Origin: an uncultured Gammaproteobacteria bacterium
GTDB taxonomy: Bacteria; Pseudomonadota; Gammaproteobacteria; Xanthomonadales; Rhodanobacteraceae
NCBI GenBank assembly: GCA_963772435.1
Contig: CAVYXI010000018.1
Coordinates: 607,793 to 671,792 of the forward strand
DNA: 64,000 nucleotides
Direction of reading: 5' to 3'
The position numbers and the translations under genes are program-made. Under the pieces are notes generated by a model. The model was given only the letters and a program-made list of their open reading frames with translations. It did not search any database and was not told the DNA's origin. Shown here piece after piece: positions 56,372 to 64,000 of the stretch (the first letter of the stretch is position 1; each line of letters starts with the position of its first letter).

Positions 56372-59026
56372 TCAAGCTCGGCTCAAAAGGCTTTTGAGCC
56401 GAGCGCCGATGCTGGCGGGCAGCTTTTCCTGTGGCCATGCCGCTTTGAATTGATCGAGTGCTTTGTGCGATTCCTCATCTCGTCCGAGCTTGCGGCTGAT
56501 TTCAGCTGTACGCAGCAACGCGAGATTGGATTCGATTACGTTGCGCGCCTGCAAAAGCTGGGAACTATTCCATTCCAGATATGCGCGCCCGCGGTTCTTG
56601 ACCAGCCAGTTTGCTGACTTCGCCGCGTCTTCGTACCGTCCCGCTGCAGTGTAGGCGTCCGCGAGTGCGACGTGGGTCAGGTACAGTTCGGTGCCATCAA
56701 CTGTCGGCAGGAGCCGTGCAATTGCATCCTGTGGCCTGCCCTCGCGCGAGAATAGCTCGGCTTCGACGATCGCCAGCAGATGCTCCAAGTTCGGAAATCC
56801 GCTTGCGCGGGCCTGCGGTGTCGCGGCCGTCAATGCAGCTTGCGCCGCCGTGTAGTCTTCTGCCCGCGCAAGAAGGTAAGCCCCGTACAACACGGCGAAC
56901 ACGTCGTCGTCATGATTTGTGGCGACTGACTGATCCATCGCTTTGCGCGCATCCGCAGTGAATTCCCGCGCCGCCGCCGCCTGGCGTGAAATCGGTGCGA
57001 AGTAGTCATCGATGCTCAGTTCAATGCCACGTCCAACTAGCGCATATCTGCCCCCGACGCTGACGGCAGCTTTTGCGTAGTCGGCTGCCTTGAGGCGCGC
57101 CACGTCCCAACTGCCTTCGTCGAGGTGCAACGTAACGATCGCTTGCGGCGCCGCCAGATCTGCGGCCGGTATGCCGGAGGCTTTCACTTTTTCGAGCAAC
57201 TGCGCTGCTTCCGCAAATCGGCGCTCGGCAGCAAATGAGTTCGCATGAAAAATTCCCTGTGCAGTATGTCCGAGCGATTCGGCTCTGCGAAAATTCTGCT
57301 GCGCTTCGCCGTATTGACCCATCGCCGCCTGCAATGAAGCGAGCGTATAAAACGCGGAGCCGCGGAAAGGATCGTGTTCGGAAAGTGCAGGACTGATGGC
57401 CTTCGCTGCCTCCTCATACCGGTTCTCGTATTGCCACGAGAAGTTAGCGACGTTGTTTGCCGCCGCGTAGTAGTCGGGATAGAGCTTACCAAGCAGTTGC
57501 CACTTGTCGATCATCGGACCCGGTGGCCCGAAGTTGCTGAGCCAAGCATCGACATAAAGCTGGTCGCGAGGCGAAAGGCGATCCTTGAGGGCCCCCGCCT
57601 TGTGTGCGTACTCGTAGGCAGACGCATCCGCATTGTTGTTTACGTAGACGCGCGCCATGCCCATGTATGCGAGTGCGAAGTTTTCGTCGAGTTCGATCGC
57701 ATGGCGAAAAAGACCGAGCGCATCCGCACTTCTTCCGCCAGCCAGGGCCTGCAGACCCAACGAGTAACTGCGCAACGCATCGAGGTTGGAAGTCGTCACT
57801 TTCGGCAACGGCGCATTGTTCGCCTCAATCGACGCCACCGCTTCGCCAAGCCGGCCACGCAGTTCGCCCGAGACCTTGCCGACCGAAGGAAGAATCGAAT
57901 CGAGTCCGATGCCGTCTGCGGTCCCGGCGTACACGGTTGCCTGCGTATGCGGATCGACCACTTCGGCGGTCACGCGCACGCGACCACCGATTTCGGCCAC
58001 GCTCGGCAGGATGAGTGCGCGCGCGCCTTCGCGTAGCGCGATTTCGTAGCCGATCTCGCGATCGATCTTCGTGCCACCGGGTTTCTGCATGCGCTTGAGC
58101 GCGTCGCTTACCTGCAGGCTCGAAACGAGATTGACGATAGCGCGACTGCTCGAGGCTCGACGCGAAACGCGGTATCCAGCGAGTCGTCGAGCACGCCCTG
58201 GCCGGTCTGGTTTCGCAGGTCGCCGACGACGACCCAGTCGCGTTCGGCAAATGCGATCGCAGGCGGACTGCGCAGCGAGAAATAGGCGGGGACCGCGATC
58301 GCGGTGATCACGACCGCCGCTTCGACGAACAGCATGCCCGGGCGGCGCCACCACGGAATCTCACGGTGAGCCTTGCCGGTCCACGCGGGCGCACGGAACG
58401 GCGCGACGCCTTCCTCGCCGACTTCATGCACCTGCACGGGCTCGGGCACACCCTTGAACCGATAGTTGCCGTGCGCCTGCCAGCGCACGCGCGAATCCAT
58501 TTCGCCCAATTCGGAGCGCGCGCGCTGCGCGAGCGTGCTTGCCATGCCCGAGAGCAGGATCTGGCCGGGCCGCGCGATGCTCATGATGCGCGCGGCCGTC
58601 GGCTTGACGAGGCCTTCGACTTCGACGGGCTTGGCGCCGCGCGCGACGTCGTGCGCGTTGTTGTCCCAGATGACGACGTCGCCGACGTGGATGCCGATGC
58701 GTGCCGCAAGCGGCAGCGATTCGGTTTTGCTCAGCGCACGCAGTTCAGCGCTGGTAGTCGAGCGCGAACGCGACCGCGTGGACCGGTCGCTCGAACAGGA
58801 TCAGGAAGCCATCGGTCTTGTCGATCTCGCGGCCGTGGTGGCGTTCGACGAGGTCGCGGGCGAGACGGTCGTGCTGGCGCATGACTTCGGCACCGCGCTG
58901 GTCGCCGAGCTTCTCGACGAGGGCGGTGCTGTCGGCGAGATCGCAGATCACGAGCGTGCGCAACACGGGCGCAGGCATGGCCCGATCCGGCAGTCCGACT
59001 GGCAGCTCGTTCGCTATCGCGTTCAT
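56372..59026 (-). CDS. class III adenylate/guanylate cyclase domain – TM – TPR fusion protein ('putative peptide modification system cyclase'); 2 frameshifts
   Basis: The N-terminal cyclase domain is VLRTLVICDLADSTALVEKLGDQRGAEVMRQHDRLARDL…GIHVGDVV. A TM segment (MLFVEAAVVITAIAVPAYF) follows. A ~650-aa TPR-rich C-terminus follows that. The protein is split over ORFs 58745-59158, 58108-58584 and 56372-58354. Confidence 0.8.
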
Positions 59027-59284
59027 ACGTTCGCCGTATAACGCAGGGCCGGCCCTGGACTTCAGGGACGAGACAAACGACATTCCCCCGCTGGACTGAG
59101 GATTTTGCGCGAAATCAATGCGGTTGGCCAGCGGATGTTGCGACGCAACGAACCGCAATATTCGCCATCCCCGGACCGGCCGCCAACCCTGGATGCCGGC
59201 CTTCCGACCTCGCGGCGCGCTTCGATACGCGGCGCGGAGCCAGCACCCCGAAGTTGCGGCTGCGTCGGCCGCCGCGATTTGCCG

Positions 59285-60312
59285 TCAGGCTCGTCCTTCT
59301 AGGAAGCGACGCCACCCGTGCGCCAGGCGTCCCCACCCTCGCCCTTGGCGGCATAGAGTGCGCGGTCGGCCTCGCTGTACCAGGTCGACCAATCGGCACG
59401 TTCGTCGCACAGGTTGGCACCGACGCTGACGGTGAGCGACACCATGTCGTGTGGCGGCGTCAGCTGCAGCGAACGCACTGTGGCCACGATGTTGCGCGGC
59501 GCGTTTGGCGAGTTCGGCGATGTCGTCGAGCTGGACGAGCATCGCGAACTCGTCGCCGCCGAGACGGCAGCAGAGTTCGCAAGTAGCCGACACTGCGGCA
59601 GAGTTCGTCGGCGACCGGCAGAGCGAACGATCGCCGACGAGATGGCCGAACTGGTCGTTGATCGTCTTGAAACGGTCGAGGTCGACGAGGAAGCAGCGCC
59701 AGCCGCGTGCCCGGCCATGCGCTGGTCGGCGAGGTCTTCGAGGAACTGATAGAGGCCGCGACGGTTGGTCAGGCCGGTCAGTTCGTCGGTGCGCACGAGG
59801 TTGTTCGCGTTCGTCAGCATCGTCTGCGTCTGCCGCAGCGAGTGCAGCGTCGAGATGCAGATCTTCGTTGCGACGCTTCAGATTGGCGATCAGCTGTTGC
59901 TCGCTTGCGACGAGGTAGGTGAACGAGCGACGCATGAATTTCGCGAGCAGCAGCGGTTCGCTCGCCAGCAGGTTCTCGAAGCCGGCCTGGTCGATCACGC
60001 GCAGCTGGCTCGTCCGTCGTCGCGATCGCGCTGGCGACGCGCTCGTGGTCGCCGATGAACAGGGCCAGTTCGCCGAGGAATTCGCGTTCGCCGATCAGCT
60101 TCGTGCGAGGCCGTCGCCGAATTCGAGATGGATTTCTGCCGCTCTCGATGACGAACATGCTGCGGCCGAGTTCACCCTTGCGGAAGATGGCTTCACCCGG
60201 CGCGAACGCTGCGCGCCTGTCCGGCGGCGCGGAACAGGTTGAACTCCGCTTCGGAAAGTTGGCGCGGCAGTGTCGTAGCTGCGGCCTTTTCGTCGGGCGT
60301 GTTCGGACGCAT
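59285..60312 (-). CDS. cyclic-nucleotide-binding domain + GGDEF diguanylate cyclase; several frameshifts
   Basis: The cNMP-binding part is …FVIESG…LIGEREFLGELALFIGDHERVASAIATTD. The GGDEF part is …RTDELTGLTNRRGL…CRLGGDEFAMLV…RALYAAKGEGGD. Confidence 0.65.
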
Positions 60313-60594
60313 CCGCTGCGTCCGGTGATATGGGCAAGGCGACGGCACTCTTCCCCTGTAGCGACACGCGCATCCTTCGCGAATCATCTTATGCGAATCG
60401 CTGCCGCTGTCCCATCGGCCAGACGCGATTGGCCGGGTGAAAACGTTTTCACCGGCCAATTTCCGACAGACGGCGCGAATTGGCGGTTACTCGGGATATC
60501 GGTATCGGGCTTATCTCGACCCGATACCACGGGTGGCGAGAAATCGCGCTCCGCCGTCCTCTGACGGCCTATCCGAGCGAGGTCGCCTGGTCTC

Positions 60595-61898
<1,304 letters not shown>

Positions 61899-61976
61899 GC
61901 GGTTCCTTGGACGACGATCGGGGTGAGGGTATGCGCCGCGATACAGCCGCGGCTTTTGGTGCAGGGGAAACGGGTT

Positions 61977-62336
61977 TCAGGTTTCGACGACGGCGCGCGT
62001 CGAGGCAACGTCGGTATAGACCGTTTCAGCGAGCTGGCGAGCCGCCCCGAGCAGGCGCGTGCGCGCGTCGATGCCGGCGGCGGGCAGACGTTCTTCGACG
62101 CTGAGGATCGTCGAATCGAACAGCGCGAAATCGATCGGCCGGCCGTCATCGAGCGCATGACGGTCGTCGGTGAGCCAGGCACGAAGCTGCGCTTGCGCGG
62201 GTTCACTGGTCGCCGCGACCGACCTCGCGAGCAGCGACGCCACGCAGCGATCGACGCAGTCGGTGAATTCGCTGTGCGTGACCGCCGGTGATGGCATCTG
62301 CGCGATGGCCTGCTCGTGGTTCGTTGCCGTGTCCAT
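61977..62336 (-). CDS. hypothetical protein (119 aa) upstream of aceA
   Basis: Its GC3-rich codon usage is consistent with a real gene. No family was recognised. Confidence 0.35.
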   Translation of the reverse strand: MDTATNHEQAIAQMPSPAVTHSEFTDCVDRCVASLLARSVAATSEPAQAQLRAWLTDDRHALDDGRPIDFALFDSTILSVEERLPAAGIDARTRLLGAARQLAETVYTDVASTRAVVET

Positions 62337-62380
62337 ACTCGTATGTATGCTCGGATGCTGCAGAGCAACACTAGGCTCTT

Positions 62381-62490
62381 CAAAGATGTATTTGACAAAC
62401 TGAATGTTTCAATCTAATTATTTGACAATGTCAAATCGTAGTTCAAATTCATTGAATTCAAAACCAATGTCAACGACCACTTGAAAAGAT
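62381..62490. promoter_or_regulatory. AT-rich divergent promoter/operator region between the 61977-62336 gene and the LysR gene, with palindromes TTTGACAaTGTCAAA (62421-62435) and TTGAATTCAA (62452-62461)
   Basis: This is a sharp local GC drop in a ~67% GC background. It contains repeated TTGACA motifs and two palindromes. Confidence 0.5.
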
Positions 62491-63517
62491 CCAAAGTCGG
62501 AACGCGCGAACGAAAGCGCTGCATGCCAAGCGTACGGCGGAAAGGGCGCACGCGGCGCGGCGCCTGCGCGGTTCTACTACAAGGGGAATCGGCTCAAGCA
62601 GCTGCGTGCGTTCTGCTACGCGTCAAATTCGGCAGCGATCGCGCGCGCGGCGGAATCGCTGTTCCTGTCGGCGTCGTCGGTGAGCCTGCAGTTGTCGGCG
62701 CTCGAAATCGAACTCGAGGACGCGCCTGCTCGAACGCACGCGTCCGCGCCTGACGCTGACCCACGAAGGACAGCTGCTCTACGACCTCGCACGCCCGCTC
62801 GTCGAAGGCATGGAGAATCTCGATCAGCAGTTTCGCCAGCAGCGCGGCGGCGTCCAGGGCCGTCGAGGTGCATATCGCCGCGGGTGCATCGACGATCCAG
62901 TACCTGCTGCCGCCGCTGGTGCGCGACTATCGCGAGCGTCATCCCGACGTGCGCCTGCAGCTCGCCAATGTCACCGGCAAGGACGGCCTGGCCTTGCTGC
63001 GGTCGGACGAGGTCGACTTCGCGGTGGGCTCGATGCTCGACGTACCCCACGATCTCGTCTACGAACCGGTGCAATGGTTCGACCCGATGCTGATCCTGCC
63101 GCCCGGACCACGCGCTCGCCGCCAAGACCGAACTATCATCTCGCGGATCTGTCGCCTTACGGACTGATCCTGCCGCCGCAGCGGCTGACGACGTATCGCA
63201 TGATCGATCTCGTCTTCCAGCAGGCGCAAGGTGCCGTATCACGTCGCGATCGAAGTCGGCGGCTGGGAAGTGATCAAGCAGTACGTCGCGATGGGTCTCG
63301 GCATTTCGATCGTCACCGGCATCTGCATCGGCGATCAGCGATTCCGAGCGCCTCGTCGTGCGCAACATGCGCCGCTATTTTCCGCAGCGCAGCTATGGCG
63401 TCGTGATGCGCAAGGGAAAGTACCTGAGTGCGCAGGCGCGCGCATTCATCGATCTCGTCAAGCCGGGGCTGTTCGCGCGCCGCGACTACTACGAGGCGGG
63501 ACATTCGGATCGCTGAA
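62481..63517 (+). CDS. LysR family transcriptional regulator divergent from aceA; multiple frameshifts, start uncertain
   Basis: The HTH is …YKGNRLKQLRAFCYASNSAAIARAAESLFLS…. The substrate-binding domain is …LLPPLVRDYRERHPDVRLQLANVTGKDGLALLRSDEVDFAVG…. These are spread over three frames. Confidence 0.65.
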
Positions 63518-63764
63518 GGCAGCGGCGACGCGGGCGTCCGCGCGTCGACAGAACCCGGAGCCGCTGCAGATGTGCCGTATGCAGCGGCTCCGGGCGGGGC
63601 CGCGCCGAAGCGCGGACCACCAACCAAATCCGATGACGCCGGCACGCGCCCCGGATGAAGCCTAACCGAGTCGAACAACGCAGTGGTTAAGGTTTTGTAG
63701 TCGATCGCAGATGTATCATTGTATACAATGCGGCATTTACGAATGATTCATGCAAGTGAACGAG

Positions 63765-64000
63765 TCACTCGGCGTCGTTGCCCGTCATTGGTACGCCACC
63801 ATTCGGCGGCGGTGGTGCGCCGCGCATACCCGGGCGCGGGCCGCCTCGCGCATGCGGTCCGCCTGGGCCCATGTGCATCGCGTTGCGCGAGGTGCCATTC
63901 GGCGAATTTGCGATAACCCTCATCGCCGAGCAGCTTGCGCAAGCTCGCATCGGTCGCATCGTCAGCGCGTTCGCGCTCTGCGCGCGACCTCTGCTGCAAT
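63765..64000 (-). CDS. C-terminal part of a Gly/Pro-rich periplasmic protein (possibly Spy/CpxP-like); the 5' end lies outside the window
   Basis: …LRKLLGDEGYRKFAEWHLAQRD… is followed by …MGPGGPHARGGPRPGMRGAPPPPNGGVPMTGNDAE*. There is a frame change within this piece. Confidence 0.3.
   Translation of the reverse strand, partial: CSRGRAQSANALTMRPMRACASCSAMRVIANSPNGTSRNAMHMGPGGPHARGGPRPGMRGAPPPPNGGVPMTGNDAE

Overview
This window is a high-GC (roughly 65-68%) chromosomal segment that looks like a Burkholderiaceae genome, judged by the urease cluster organisation, the codon bias and the gene set. It is densely coded with mostly housekeeping and accessory-metabolic genes.

Main contents, start to end:
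- gpsA 3' end, trmL, an SDR oxidoreductase.
- Two tandem M16 zinc-peptidase paralogs.
- A complete urease locus, ureD-ureABC-ureE-ureF-(DUF3995 membrane protein)-ureG-hupE/ureJ.
- A secreted GxSxG hydrolase with C-terminal repeat domains, and an NAD-dependent epimerase.
- ubiJ-ubiB, truC, yajQ, arfB and an acyltransferase.
- A large indolepyruvate:ferredoxin oxidoreductase-family gene on the minus strand.
- A sterol-desaturase-family protein, a flotillin/SPFH protein, a secreted methyltransferase and a MocR regulator.
- A flavin-dependent halogenase-family gene followed by an FMN-dependent 2-hydroxyacid dehydrogenase.
- gltD-gltB on the minus strand, then glnB, ubiK and comM/yifB.
- A molybdoenzyme module (xdhC, mocA, and an aldehyde oxidoreductase with a 2Fe-2S subunit and a Tat-signal Mo subunit).
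- Isocitrate lyase with a divergent LysR regulator.

The most interesting locus is at about 54.5-59.0 kb. It holds a SagB-type FMN dehydrogenase, an 88-aa peptide with a Nif11/NHLP-like leader, and a large adenylate/guanylate-cyclase-domain plus TM plus TPR fusion protein. This matches, as far as I can recall, an experimentally uncharacterised 'putative modified peptide / peptide-modification cyclase / peptide-maturation dehydrogenase' cassette defined only by comparative genomics. A cNMP-binding GGDEF protein sits immediately next to it.

A second global observation: at least about 22 genes are interrupted by single-base-scale frameshifts, several of them multiple times (gltB, gltD, the indolepyruvate:ferredoxin oxidoreductase gene, aceA, the LysR gene). 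Other long genes are perfectly intact. This suggests an indel-rich assembly rather than real pseudogenisation, but the alternative of genome erosion cannot be excluded from sequence alone.

No rRNA, tRNA, CRISPR array or IS/transposase was recognised. Many long antisense 'shadow' ORFs in the six-frame track are GC artefacts and were rejected.
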